Positions 1 through 12,029 are shown, counted from the whole stretch's first letter. The stretch: 60,856 bases of DNA, filler included, from Sphacelaria rigidula (GCA_964200075.2; 10 parts of 10 records of this genome joined end to end with filler, not necessarily neighbours in it), one strand, 5' to 3'. A program made the numbers and translations. The notes: generated by a model not told the origin, from the letters alone.

Positions 1-280
1 GGGTTTTGATCTAACGGGAGGAAACTCCGTGTCCCCCGGAGAAAGGCGGCGCCGGCGGGGGGGGGGGGGGGGGGGGGGGGGCATGGCTCCTGTCAGGAAA
101 GTTGCAAGCCTCCCTGCTTAGAGTGGAGTCTTTTCTAGAGAGAAAATTTGGGTCAGACATTCATCATCGTGGAATGCTATACCCTACCAACAACGCAATT
201 GTTGCACTCTCGTCGAGGTTTTTCGCTCCCAAACTAGTCGGCAAAGATGGTGACAACACAGCACGGCACACTCCCTTAAC

Positions 281-481
281 CTTGCCGAGAGCCTTTCCTT
301 CCTCGAGCACAGCTGCCAGCGCGGCGACGTGTGCCTCGGGATCCCCGCTGCCCTTGTCGCCTCCGAAGAATTCACTGCAGCGGGTGGGGTGCACGCCCAC
401 CGTGCTGTAGAGATTTGCGTGCGACTTGACCAACTCCAGGGCTTGCTTCGACTCCTCTAGGGTCCCCGCCGTAACAATCAT
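281..481 (-). CDS. TATDN1: TatD-family deoxyribonuclease, exon 2 (gene continues beyond contig start)
   Basis: Acceptor CTCAG|ATG and donor AAG|GTTAAG; 201 nt, in phase with exon 1. Encodes MIVTAGTLEESKQALELV...LYSTVGVHPTRCSEF...GK, including the GVHP TatD motif. Confidence 0.92.
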
Positions 482-1026
482 CTGAGCAAGAAACCAAATG
501 GGGCCGGAATGTACGTCGAACGCCACTTAGTGTGCCCCATCCCCAACATTCCTTTAGCGCGCGCAATGAGTGCTCCCTTCCCATACTTTCAGCGCTAATA
601 AGACGCAAAAGTTGAACCTTCGACCGCCACACCTGTCGCATTCCATAACATTACCTAGGCAGGAGTTGGGATGAAGTTATGACACAGCACGCTCGCCGAA
701 ATGAGCAGGTGAATGTTGAGCATTTGCACAGAAATAAGTGCCCGAAAATCGATACCGGTGTAGCCAGCCAACAAGTGAACCTCCGGTATTTTTTGGTGTT
801 GACGAGTACAGTGCAGTGCGACTCCGTTGGGTTTATATACCGCAAGTGGTACTTCATTCTCGCTGCCGTTACGTACTGCTGGGGCACGCAAACAATTAAA
901 TTCCTACATCTTAATGGGCTATATCTTACCATTATCGGTGCTTCCGGAGTGGGGTGGGTGTGCTTTGGTCGAGATTGCATCATTTCAACTGTACTGTGCT
1001 GCCTCTATGTCCATAGCTCGACTCGA

Positions 1027-2634
1027 CGAGCTGGGCCAGCTTGAAGGGGGTATCGGCGCTTGACCAGCTCTGCACGGCCCGTTTTCAAGGGTTGCAAGCT
1101 GAAATTTCAAACACGAAGTTTACATAATCAAGACGCAAAAACGGACCGCGGTGGCGAAAAAAAAGAGGGAAAAACAGCAAGTAGAGCCAGTTTGAGATTC
1201 TGACCAAAATGTGAAATGTCATGACTTATCAAATATATACCTATATATTTGGCTACCGCGGTCAGCTTTTGCGTATTCACGCGTAGAACGAGTGAAATTT
1301 AAATAGTGTTTTGTAGGGTACAACCGGAAGTGGGGGATTCGAAGTTGGCATACCATACCATGCCGGATTGTGTATCGAGTCCTGTTCCGAACACTCCGGC
1401 ATGGTGTGGAAGGACAGTTATCGATAGAATACTCGTATCTATTTTATCCTTCTGTGAATACCTTAATTTCAACGAATGTTACCCTACAGAACACAACCGT
1501 GGGAAATTTCAGCTCGAAAATCCTCAAATTGGGCTGTGCATTTTGGGGAATGTACGACTATCGATATGGCGCCCTATGGGGCGGCAGGTGGTGGGCTCGA
1601 ATCCCGCCGGATGTGTTTTATTTACAACTTTGGGCATATTTTTATCTTGAACTACATTCAGTACAGCAAAAATGATGGCTACTCACACGGTAGTATAGAT
1701 GTACCGAAGTTGCACCTCGGGATGATTTCTGCCCTCGCACATAGCAACCTTCGCCGTAAAAGGGGGAGCACTGCACATGCGACGCCATACATCAGCACCA
1801 GACGCATGAGACTGCTTGCGCTTCCTTACAGCGCGACCGTGAGGCCTGGGCTCGCAAGCGTTGCTGCACAACTACACCCGATACAGGATTGATTTTATTG
1901 ATTGATTGTCGCACTTCAACTGACCGCCCAGGGGTCCAGCCGTGGTCTCACGATAGACGTACCCAAGATACAAGATACCGCTGAACTTGCCTTCGGTAGT
2001 TCTGTATAATATTTCCTCTTCTCTGACGTTGACGTCGAGTAAGGCTAGAGGATCTGTAGAACCGCTCGGTCGGCGACGTCACCCTTGCTGTCATGTTCCC
2101 CGCTTCACCTTCGCGCATATGCAGTTGCTTTTGCTTCCTATACACTATCAAGCCTTCTGGAAAGCTTCAGTTACAGTCTTGTTTCTGGGCCGAGCGTATC
2201 GCGGTCTCAATTGGGACTTATTCATGATTTTATCGTGGATGGTATACGGTTAGGAGGTCCTCTTCCACGGGGAGCTGTTGGTGACTTTGACGTTACCGTG
2301 CAGGATCAGCAACAATGCGCTTTTGTCTGTGAGTGTCGGTAAACGTCTCTCATATCCTGCACGGTGTGATTTTCTATGTAACTCTACCGCTTTCTTGAAC
2401 CCCCCCCCCCCTCCCCCGGAAAAACGACGGGTTCAAGATACGATCTTATGCACATCCTTGACTGGATGCAGTACAACATCTTCGCCAAAGCGTCGCTAAT
2501 CGAACAGAGGTAAAGCGTTTCAGCACCAGGTTGGGCTGTAGTTCACAGTGACGTGATTACAACCGGCTAAGTCGTTGAACTTGAAAAGCCATCCGGTGCT
2601 AGAGAAATGCCCATTTTTAGGCTGGTCCAGCTCG
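1027..2634. mobile_element. Non-autonomous TIR element (CGAGCTGG family) in TatD intron 1
   Basis: CGAGCTGGGCCAGC at 1027-1040 and GCTGGTCCAGCTCG at 2621-2634 form a 13/14 inverted match. GA flanks both ends. Confidence 0.65.
1887..1976 (-). mobile_element. Short copy of the RTE-LINE 3' end with a (CAAT)n tail
   Basis: GATTGTCGCACTTCAACTGACC...TCCAGCCGTGGTC..ACGATA...GTACCC matches 12787-12855 and is preceded on the plus strand by (ATTG)n. Confidence 0.75.
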
Positions 2635-2639
2635 GATCT

Positions 2640-2920
2640 CAATCATGGCTTTAAACATGGTGTGTCATCGATTCTCGCCGCACATACGCAGTCTACGCTG
2701 TTTCTGGGCGTGTGCGCTGAGCGCCATGGTATGCCCGGTGCAGCTCTCATGGTAAGACTGGAGGGGGCACGTGTATTGAAGGCTGATCCAAAATCACGCA
2801 ATGTATTTCCAACTACAATCCCAAAAACTGACGGAACATGCCGTCGTCGCCAGTCGGCAATGTCACACAAATGGTAACGGAACATCTCATCCTCAAGCTG
2901 CTTTTACTTGGTCAGGTGAC
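2640..2920 (-). pseudogene. Possible heavily decayed hAT transposase C-terminal fragment
   Basis: Frame-hopping fragments (LEDEMFRY, FWDCSWKY, MRAAPGIPWRSA, KQRRLRM) loosely resemble the hAT dimerisation region. Weak, judged by eye. Confidence 0.2.
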
Positions 2921-3841
2921 CCGAATTGCTTGGCTTGGAGCAAGACCTGACATATTTCACCCTTTTGAAAATTCCGGGAAAACACTTTTGGCTAACTTCG
3001 GAAGCTCTTCGAGTGACCTGGGCATCCGAACCTTTCCAGTCACAACCACAACGGCCGCTGGTAACTCCCAGATATACCGGTACTATCAGCCGCCCAAACT
3101 GTTTCAAGTCTAGTCGGCAACCAAAGGATAAGTGGATCATGATACAGTACGGGCTCTTATACTTCTACACTTGTACAATACCGTAGGTCATTTAATACCC
3201 TTTCAAAGTGGTGGGTGCGAGGGGGAACGGCAGGTGCGAGGGGGAACGGCAGGTGCGCCAGTGTGTGCATGTGTTTGAGCGCGTATGAGCGGGACGGTGG
3301 GGGTGGGGTTGCGCGTGGGTGAGAGGTGCCATGGTCGTGGAGACGCCGCTGAAGCTCCACCCATCTCAACTGAATGCACAGGAATAATTCTACTACTAGC
3401 TGCATCTCTACAAATGGGGGGCATCATTGGTCAAAAGGAAAGCGTACGTACAACAGTCAGATCTGGCAGCGGCGGCCGTTGAGGCGTTGGTTCAAAGTAC
3501 GTCGCAATGAGGGTTCTCGAGAGCTTAGATACCCATGGAGATTTCGCCTCCGAGGTGAGGAAACATAGCGCAGCTACCGTTACAGCATGGCGGGCGGTTA
3601 ACTCTGCTTCTGCCTATGTACGCTGTAAGACGAACCCAAATCTGCACAAAATGAGCCTGGCGACATGAGTCGGTGTGGTGAACGCTCCCATCGCTACTCG
3701 CGAGAGGCGGGTAGAAGCAGCTATCAATCCCGTTCAATATCAAGACTGAAGATGTTACATGAGTGGCATGGTTCTTTGCTTTTGGCCTGGGCAGCGGTAA
3801 AAATTCATATCGAACACACCTCACACCACTCCTCCTCTCAC

Positions 3842-4132
3842 CTGTTCCACCCCAGCTGCACTGGCTCTCTCAAGCACAGCATCCAAGTCGGGCTCATGCT
3901 TCTGCGAGCCGCCGTGGTACCTACCCTGGAAACAGTCATCCAGCAGGTTGGCGCCTATGTCAATAAACCGTGAGGAACCTGCTCCAGCACCAGATTGGGC
4001 GAACGATGCCATCCTCCTCGTTACAATCGCCCGAGAGACACCACCACTATTAATAGCCAGTATCCGGGAAGACCGCAAAGTTTTCGAGAAACAAGAGGAT
4101 GTCAGGGCAACCACGAAAGCAGTCGGGAGCAT
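3842..4132 (-). CDS. TATDN1: TatD-family deoxyribonuclease, exon 1 (alternative in-frame ATG at 4012)
   Basis: Translates to ...RFIDIGANLLDDCFQGRYHGGSQKHEPDLDAVLERASAAGVEQ, the typical TATDN1 N-terminus (IDIGANL...F.G.Y.G..KH..DL..VL.RA...GV). Ends CAG|GTGAG, phase 0. Confidence 0.9.
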
Positions 4133-5213
4133 ACCCGTAACCTGTACCCCTCTCCTCGACTCATGCACTGACAACAGTACTGCACTGGACTGTGTAACAC
4201 TTGCGGTGTTTTGATCAACCTTTTTCGATATGACAGTCCCGCTTTTGTAACGCGTATGATTTGGTCATTTACTACGGGGGCGTATGGCTGGGGTTGTCGC
4301 CTTCCCCCACTCATCGTGTTCAACGTGCTTTGGGCGTGGTTAAAAATAGTTTGGGACAAGAGCCCATTCTGCCACCCCTACCCCGTCGTGCAAGGTAAGA
4401 GAGGTTCAGTGTCTGGGTTGTTTTTGTAGTCTCTGTACACAGGCAACGAAATACTCCAAGTGTATGTCTGGAACACCGTGTTGGAGATTCTGTGGACGAG
4501 CGCCTGCTGCTGTTGACGCATTTGATGTTGAGAGCTGTGGGGTTAGCACGGTCATTTGACTTTGATTAGCGCTCAAAAAGACAGCAATGACGCACTCTAA
4601 GACGAGATTGATTTGAGATCGATCATCTGCACGTGCGTGTGGCGCTTTCTCTTGATCAACTTGTGCTGCACCTAGTTGGCACATAAAACACCATGATATC
4701 ACGTAGAATAGCACCCGAACTGCCCACCAAAGCCAACGAGCGACAAAGAAAGCGTGAAGGGTCCCGTGGCCTACCTACGTGAAAGTTTAGGTCTAAGAGT
4801 CATGGATGAATGCCATTCACTCCCTTCAAATCTCCCGCGGTCCCGATTCGACCGTGAAGCTCACGTTCATGCCCCACCCCCCATGCTCTAGTGCCCTTCC
4901 TTGAACTGTACTAAAGGTGCATGGCAACAGCTAAGGGTTGTGCAATCCAACACAGCGTACGGCCAGTTGGTACAACGATCAGCTACCCTTGAGTCAACCC
5001 TTTCAGCGCCGATGAGCCAGTAGGCAGCTTATCTTCATTCCTCCGCAGAAGGTTGACAATCGTTGTTGTGGCAAAGAGACATCGCCTTCATGTTAAGACG
5101 GTGCTCAGGACCCGCTAGAATAGCACCATGCACATGACTGGTGCCCTGTCGTGGTAATGTTCGCACCACCAGTAGCCCTCTGCAATCGTGTGTACAGAAT
5201 GCATCTCCGCTGC

Positions 5214-5284
5214 ATACCCTGGATGAAAGATGGCATTGATGAAAAGTGCACCGCATACAGTATCGGACAAATTGTCCAGAGTAC
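5214..5284. mobile_element. Internally deleted copy of the ACCCTGGAC hairpin MITE family
   Basis: ATACCCTGGA...AAAAGTGCACCGCATACAGTAT...TGTCCAGAGTAC resembles 51378-51513 and 29047-29187. Confidence 0.5.
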
Positions 5285-5849
5285 CCTGCTGTCGCTCAGT
5301 GTGTACCCTACTGTCCAAGCATCAACGGCAACGCCTGCACGATACGGGTTGTGCAGGGTGTAGCCATCCTTTCCGCAATAAGCCTTGACAGCACAGGCTA
5401 GATTGCGACAAAACCCCACGTTGGCTGCTCCTACGTTGGCCTGCTGGTATGCCGTTCATCGAAGAATAAAGGACGCGACAATCGTTGAAGCGTCCGAACC
5501 TCCTGCGAGTGCTTTCTCGTCTGAAACAGGGGTCGTGTGGAAAAGCCGCCCTGGGCAGGAACACCTCTTCCCCCGTGGCATGTCGACATTTTTTTTTCCG
5601 CTCCTATTTCCAGGATTTGTGGACGAGTTGGACGACCTGATGGCCGGCTCTTGTCGCTCCATCGTTACAGCATGAAACGCCTCTTGATGTTCAATTGTGA
5701 TGTAATACAAAACATGACGGCATCTACAGAAAGTTTGTCACGTTCGAATTGCTTCCTTGCATGAACGCAGGGAGCGTCGTGCCGAAAGGTAGTTATCGTA
5801 GTTACTGGATGGACTTGATATTGATGGTTGAAACTAATCAAAACGATCC

Positions 5850-5996
5850 ATGGTCAGGACAAATCATCACGACTCGAAATCACCAAATTCACGATTTCTT
5901 CGGCCCGATTTCCCCAAAAGGAGGAATAAGTTAATCGCTGGTCCAAGGGGTATCCACGCAACTGTTGGCCATTCCACGTGTCTGGGCTGCGTGTAC
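5850..5996 (+). mobile_element. Partial copy of the hAT-like MITE (cut by contig end)
   Basis: GGACAAATCATC...AATCACCAAATTCACGATTTCTT...CCACGCAACT...CCATTCCACGTG matches 9443-9600. Confidence 0.7.
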
Positions 5997-6096
5997 NNNN
6001 NNNNNNNNNNNNNNNNNNNNNNNNNNNNNNNNNNNNNNNNTTAATTAATTAANNNNNNNNNNNNNNNNNNNNNNNNNNNNNNNNNNNNNNNNNNNN
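5997..6096. other. Artificial contig linker N44-TTAATTAATTAA-N44 (first of nine)
   Basis: Identical 100-bp linkers start at 5997, 12093, 18189, 24285, 30381, 36477, 42572, 48667 and 54762. The 12-mer places stops in all six frames. Confidence 0.97.
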
Positions 6097-6574
6097 CCTT
6101 TCTCGGCATTCGTTACTGCTCCTCTGCTGGCTGCTGGGGGTGGGGGAGGGGAGAGGGGGGGGGGGAGCGAGCTTCATTTTTTTTCTGCTGCAGCACAACG
6201 CCGGCTAAATGTCGGTGATGAACCGTCTCTTTGTGTGGGTTATACTTAGTACATGAGTACCCCCGTCTCTGTTTTCTTGTGCTGCGAGTAGTGGAATTGT
6301 TGCACTATTGGTGGTCATGACTGCCGCGCTGGGGACATAGCGCACGCTGTGTTTATGCCGCCGAGCAGCGGTACGGTGCAGTGACGTTGTAGTAGGCAAG
6401 GAGAAGACAGACGGCTCTCTCTGCGTGGTGCAGCCACGCCCCGAGTGGTTAGTTGGGCGTTTGTCTTTTTTGATGGCGTTTCCCGTTGCTTGTCAGACGG
6501 CTTGAAAAAAAAAAAACTGAGTGTGCCGCTCAACTGAACGTACTAACCTGTACTCTATCTATATGTAGTGTGCT

Positions 6575-7860
6575 ATAAACCTTGACTCCAACTCAAGGCA
6601 TACCGAGAACCCTCGGGCAAAAAGGGGGTGCAAGGGTGCCCTAGGCGATGTGTGTGTTGTTAGACCTGAAATTGGCGCCTGTACAGGCGCCGATTTGGAC
6701 AAAAATGCGTTCTGCGCACACTACACTTGAAAGCACATGAGACTGTCAGCCTCGCCAAAGATCCGAATATCGGTGTGCACCCTCAAATCAAGTACGTTTC
6801 GATCAAGCGTAGATTTGGGGATGGGAACTGGGGTAAACTCTACTACTTTGTATCATATCTGTTGTTACACACCGATATTGTTCCGAAATATGGCGTCGAG
6901 CTCGAGGTGATTTATCCTTGCGAACCCCGAACCCTCGTCAGATGGACTCGGATGGACTATGCCGCATTTGGTTTCAGAGATCGCTGTTTTTTGTTCATCA
7001 CACAAAACGCCCTTTTTCGTGAACATGTGGATGTTGAGCGTATGTACGATATAAATATATATATATATATATATATGTAGAAAATAGTACCGGAGAACCC
7101 GTGACGGGTTTTGACCCTGCAGTAAAGTGCGTGCAGAGTCAGTACGTTTTATCTTGTATGTCTTGGCTGGATACAACGGTGAGAAACATTGAGCGTGCCA
7201 TCGCTCTCCACTGAAACGCAGTCTACTGCACGCTGCTGATGTATTTGCTTAGTGTGTTCCACAACAACACCTCAGGCCGTGTGAAGCTAACATATGCTGG
7301 CAACGAAACAGGGGTCAGGCAGGCGACAAAAGACCACGAGCAGTGTAAAAAGCACGTTGTTTGTGCCCATGTTATCTACGGGTGAATGGTCATGACAAAA
7401 ATGGGAAGTACAGCTAGACCACGGAATAGTCCACCTCAGTCCATCTCAGATGACCACTCTGACCAATCACAGCTCTCAAACTGGTCACTCTGCTCCTCTC
7501 GGGTCTCGTTCCTGGCTGTTTTTTTTTTTTTTCCGTGGGCAACTTTCAAATACGCGTGGTTGACTTGGTGAGCTTTTCGGCTGTTCTGCGCAGTGGATAG
7601 ACCTAAAGAAATGTTCGTACACAGTGGTTGACGGGGATGACTACTTGATTTCAGACTGAAGAAAGTTCTGGGAAAATTTATGGTTTGGGGTAGGTGAGCA
7701 GTGGACCCAGCTCGTCCAAAACGTGTTTTTTTTTTTTCGAAATCGGCGCCTGTGGCGTCGATTTGAGATTTGCCAACGCACATTTTTCCTAGGGGAATCT
7801 ATGCACCCTCCTTGCCCGAGGGTATCGTGCGCCTTGGGTCGGGGTTAGGGTTAGTGTTAG
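6575..7860. mobile_element. Decayed ~1.3-kb element with ~130-bp inverted termini
   Basis: Left CAAGGCATACCGAGAACCCTCGGGCAA...GGGTGCA...CCCTAGG...ACAGGCGCCGATTT is the reverse complement of right AAATCGGCGCCTGT...CCTAGGGG...TGCACCC...TTGCCCGAGGGT...GCCTTG. The right end carries GGGTTAGGGTTAG. Ends approximate. Confidence 0.65.
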
Positions 7861-8190
7861 TTTGTACCATTCCGTGATATTTCCCATCAACCATCGTGTA
7901 CGATTATTTCTTCAGGTCCCCTCGTTCTGCGAGTAGGCTCTCACCCCCCCCGTAGATCCCCTCCACCTGGAAACCCCTGGATGTCCCTGGACTGTTAGCC
8001 GATGTATTCCAAAGCGAAGCTCGCGGTCGAAGGGTTGACCTCGTACACATGATTTCATGAACGTAACCGTCGCGCAACGGTGGTGTAGCTGGTACATCAA
8101 CGGCCAGTTGCTACGGAAGATTGTGGGTCTGACTCCAGAGGGATACAATCGTTTTGAGCAAATAAAAACCTGTTATTTCCGTCGCTGAAG

Positions 8191-8267
8191 GCTTGAAGGC
8201 TCGAGTAGCAGAATATATTTATTTCGACGAGAATCGACGAGCTGCGGGAGAACTGATTCAGTTCTTG
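8191..8267 (+). CDS. Candidate internal exon of an unidentified gene
   Basis: AG acceptor and strong TTG|GTAAGA donor; reads LKARVAEYIYFDENRRAAGELIQFL and joins 8675 in phase 0. No family recognised. Confidence 0.4.
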
Positions 8268-8674
8268 GTAAGACGAAATGTCAGGCAGGCAGGCCGGCAG
8301 ACAGATACAGGGTGAGATCTAGGTGTGTGTGCGTTTATCGAGAGTACCACGGACTCATCCGGAGAAAGGGGGCGCGTTATACTGTGTAAGTAGAGTCGAG
8401 AGGAGACGACAAGATAGTGTCATCACGCACTCCATGTATTGAACCATGCCATGTTGTGATATCTTCGTTCTTCTTAAAATTTGTTGCCGCAGTAAATTGA
8501 ACTGTTCGTGGGTACAGTATTCCTATGTTGGCGTTTTTATTTCTTGTTTTTCGCATGTTGAACCAATCATGATTGCGGTGGACTGCAAATGGATTGTAAA
8601 TGGATCATGACAACATGGAATTGCTAGTAATCGAGACCTGGACACATTTGGACACTTGGGCACCACCCTTTCAG

Positions 8675-8794
8675 GATACTGACTCTTCCGCGGTGGCGGC
8701 CACGTCCGCGGTCGACCCTGGAGTTGACGAGGATGGGAAGGTGGAGAAGGAGGACAGCAGCAGCGCGTTGAATATGGAGCAATTGAAGATATTG
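8675..8794 (+). CDS. Candidate internal exon of an unidentified gene
   Basis: CCCTTTCAG| ... |GTGAGC, 120 nt, GC-rich codons; DTDSSAVAATSAVDPGVDEDGKVEKEDSSSALNMEQLKIL. Confidence 0.5.
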
Positions 8795-9442
8795 GTGAGC
8801 CTTTGAAAAGGATACTGTAGAGGATGATCTATATCAACGGGACCACCACGATAGTACAGTGACAACAACAACCTGCCCCGAAAGATGGTCTCGCGCACCA
8901 AACTAGTCCTTTTCCTCCTTGTTTGGATTTGCTTCAGGTATAATTCACAATTCAGAACTCAAGCTTCCGCTGTATGATTGCTCTCTGTGCAGTGTACACA
9001 TCGTAACTATCATTCAAGTTTGTTAAGACCACGCATTGCTACACCCCGTGCTCTGTGCTTTATTTCATCAAGCATATCAAAGGGTAGTCCCTTTATAGCA
9101 AATGCCACTAAGGCCCACACTCCGGTGTCGTTGATGTCCGATGCTCAGATGTACCAAATAGGCTGCGGTACAGTACGTGGTAACTCGTACCGAAACTTGC
9201 TCGGCTGACCATATTCCAATCTGCAGACGCGGCAATGGGAAGTGAAGGACTCCCACAAGCGTCTGTCGCAAACAGTCACCTCTTCACGCAGGCGACACCA
9301 TGGGATAGCTCTGTGCGCTTCATGAGCAGAAGGTCCCACTTTCGCATCCGGGCTCCCGTCAAAGCAAGCGAATAAAGGACGAAAAACTCCTCAGAGTTGT
9401 ACCGGGTAACAAATAAGTCGTACACTTGGTGAGGGATCAGCA

Positions 9443-9703
9443 CACGGTTCGGACGAATCATCGCCGGTTCGAATCACCAAATCCACGATTTCTTAGGCCT
9501 GATTGATCGAAAGAGGGGGGGAAAGTCGACCCCTGATCAACCAGGGGTCTCCACGCAACTTTTGCGCCATTCCACGTGCCTGGGGTTCGCGTACCTGGGT
9601 TGCAACGCTGAAAACAAAGCGTCAGGATTGATTCGTCCCGTACGAATCAATTACACTAAAATCAAGTGATTCCCGGACGAATCATTAATTCGTCCGACCC
9701 TTG
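9443..9703 (+). mobile_element. hAT-like MITE (261 bp, 8-bp TSD)
   Basis: TIRs CACGGTTCGGACGAAT / ATTCGTCCGACCCTTG; flanks GATCAGCA / GATCAGAA (7/8). Further copies at 5850 and 58055. Confidence 0.75.
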
Positions 9704-10221
9704 GATCAGAACGAGCACTGGTGGGGGACCGACAAGCAAAGATGCTTTTCGTCGTTCTCTCTCTCTCTTTTCTTCTTCTTTTGTTGTCCATTGTCCAGGG
9801 TGTTGAGAATTTTTGGGTTCGAAATCCCGACATAGGTGGTGTATGTCTAGGACAAACTGGTTGCCGTCGTTTGAAGGCGTCAGGAGGTGATACTTAACGT
9901 AGCACAGAAAAATTGATGAGAGTCGAGGGGGTACGGGACTGGTTATCATCGTTCAATCCTCGACGTCAGGCGGGCTCGTCCCGGGAGAGAGAGGGGGCGA
10001 TCTTGTGAGACTACTGTACGGACTCTTCCCGACGGATGGGGAGGGGAAGGGGAAGGGAGAGGGGGAGGGGGGTACAAACGTATTTCAAAGAAAGCGCATG
10101 AATAAAATCATCTGATCTCCATCAAGCACAATCATATACGAAACTTACCATCTGTAACGTTCCCTGTATCCGTGTAGATATAGAGTTTTCGTTGACGTTC
10201 AACCTGTGATTTTTAGTGATG

Positions 10222-10320
10222 GCGAGCCTGGTCCGGCGGAAACACGGCGTGCTCCATCCCGGCTTTGTAGCGATGCGAGGTTAATGGTCATATGACTACG
10301 GCATGCAAGATCATGAGTAC
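10222..10320 (+). repeat. Dispersed GC-rich repeat (GCCTGGTCCGGCG core), copy 1
   Basis: Core GCCTGGTCCGGCG.AA.C.CGGCGTGCTC..TCCC.GCT....AG.GATGCGAGGT..ATGG recurs at about 42720, 46628 and inverted at about 54610. Its downstream part also lies inverted at 30350-30380. Confidence 0.85.
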
Positions 10321-10511
10321 ACTTCCCCATCCCCCACCCCGCATGGCGATGGCGCTATAGAACACGCCACTTACTGCGTAAGCCAGGCAATCAAGTTACT
10401 CTTTCTTTTTGCGCGCTTCCGTTTTTTTTTTTGCGGTAACCATGATGGTGGTCGAGCCAGATCATAATGTGTGATGTGGGAGAACCTCAATGCGCAAAGG
10501 GGGTGATCACA

Positions 10512-11986
10512 CGAGCTGGTTCATCCTCATCACCCAAAAAGCACCCATCCGCAAAACCTCACGCTGTCTCAAGGAGTTAGACCCTGAAATTTTGCACAAT
10601 TTTTCTGTGTCCTTACGCAACTTTCGAAGGTCTAGTTTTTTTTTTTCTAACTTTTTTTTAACTTTTAAAACTTTTCAACTTTTTCAACTTTTTTCACCGT
10701 TTTTCGGGGTTCCCAGTTCTTCCGGGGAAACTTCGATCCACGCGGACCCCCGTAGAACGGTATAAAAGGAATATTCAAGAAACCTTGTTGATCCAAAGTT
10801 GTGCGATGAACTTTGGCGTGCCACGGTGAAACCGCAAAGTACTTGACTTCAGTACGAAAATGGCGTTTTTGGGCATTCTTTGACGTGAGCATGAAAATTC
10901 AAGCATCATTTAATCGATTTTTGCCACGAAATTTTGTGGGACCCGTCCTTGAGTTATACGGTGACAGCTCGTTTGCGAAAAAATGAGGAAAAACTCACTG
11001 TGCTGGTTTTCAGGGGTCCCAGAGTGGAGACTACTTCGAAAAAACGACTCGGATCCCGTCGGACCCACGAAAAACGGTAAAATAAAGTAAACAAGTAAAA
11101 TAAACCTCGTCCATAGCCACTTGCGTGGTGATCCACAGCACATTTATGCATAGTTTCAGGGTCTAACTCGTAATAACGGCGTGAAGGTTTGTGCGTTTGT
11201 GCGAGGACGTGAGCTTGAAACGTGTAAGTCCTAACTACTTGGGTTTCAGTATGAAAACGTCTTTTCTGGTGAATTTTGCGTACAGGCAAGGAAAACTATA
11301 TGATGTTTTCGAGGCTCTCGACCAAACTTTGTACATGTGTTCCTTGGACTATTCCGGGACGCATCATATACTTTTATTTTTTTTAGGCATTCTGTACCAT
11401 CCTCCGGGGGTCTTCATACTGGGACCCCCGGAAGCCAGTAGAGAACGGAGGAACCATGAAATATTGTCAAGAATACAAATTTTCCCTCTTGAAGCATCAA
11501 TAGCTACGGAACTGCCAAGCTTGAGGGTGATGTGAGGTTTTCTACTACAGATGTAAGGAAAATCGTCACGACTGGGTCTTTCGTTCCCATCATACTGAAA
11601 TTGGACGACGCCGAAACTCCTCGTTACCGAAACATCACCGCTTCGGATATAATTCGACCCCGTTGTAGCCGTTTTCAAGTCTGTTTTCCTCGTCAGATTC
11701 CCAAGCTGATGGCGGTTACCCCGATTTGAAGCATGCGGAGATTGGGTGAAAATTGGGCTTGGACTTTGTGTTCTCGATTTCAAAACAATCTGGAGGGCGC
11801 TGATTGGTCGAAGTACTTTTTTGCGCTTAGCCCCACCAGTATGGCCCTGAACACAAACCCGGCTATGTCACGCTCTTCAGTTGTTCATGGTGGTCCGTGT
11901 GATCTCATGTATGCGACCATTGTGTGGGTATTGCGAAAGGCGTTTGCTGATGACACAATTTTGGGTGATGAGCGTTAACCAGCTCG
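10512..11986 (+). mobile_element. Non-autonomous ~1.5-kb TIR element (CGAGCTGG family, Tc1/mariner-pogo-like)
   Basis: About 28-bp TIR: CGAGCTGGTTCATCCTCATCACCCAAAA vs reverse complement CGAGCTGGTTAACGCTCATCACCCAAAA; flanks CA/TA. The body is homologous to inverted 50828-52511. No transposase ORF. Confidence 0.8.
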
Positions 11987-12029
11987 TACTACGTGGTGTT
12001 GAAATGGTGAGACACACATGAGGCAGTGT

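Noticed and set aside
4430..5675. Plus-strand exon-like stretches divergent from TatD (e.g. CAG|GATTTGTGGACGAG...TGA at 5614-5675)
   Set aside because: Plausible splice signals, but no recognisable protein or consistent model.
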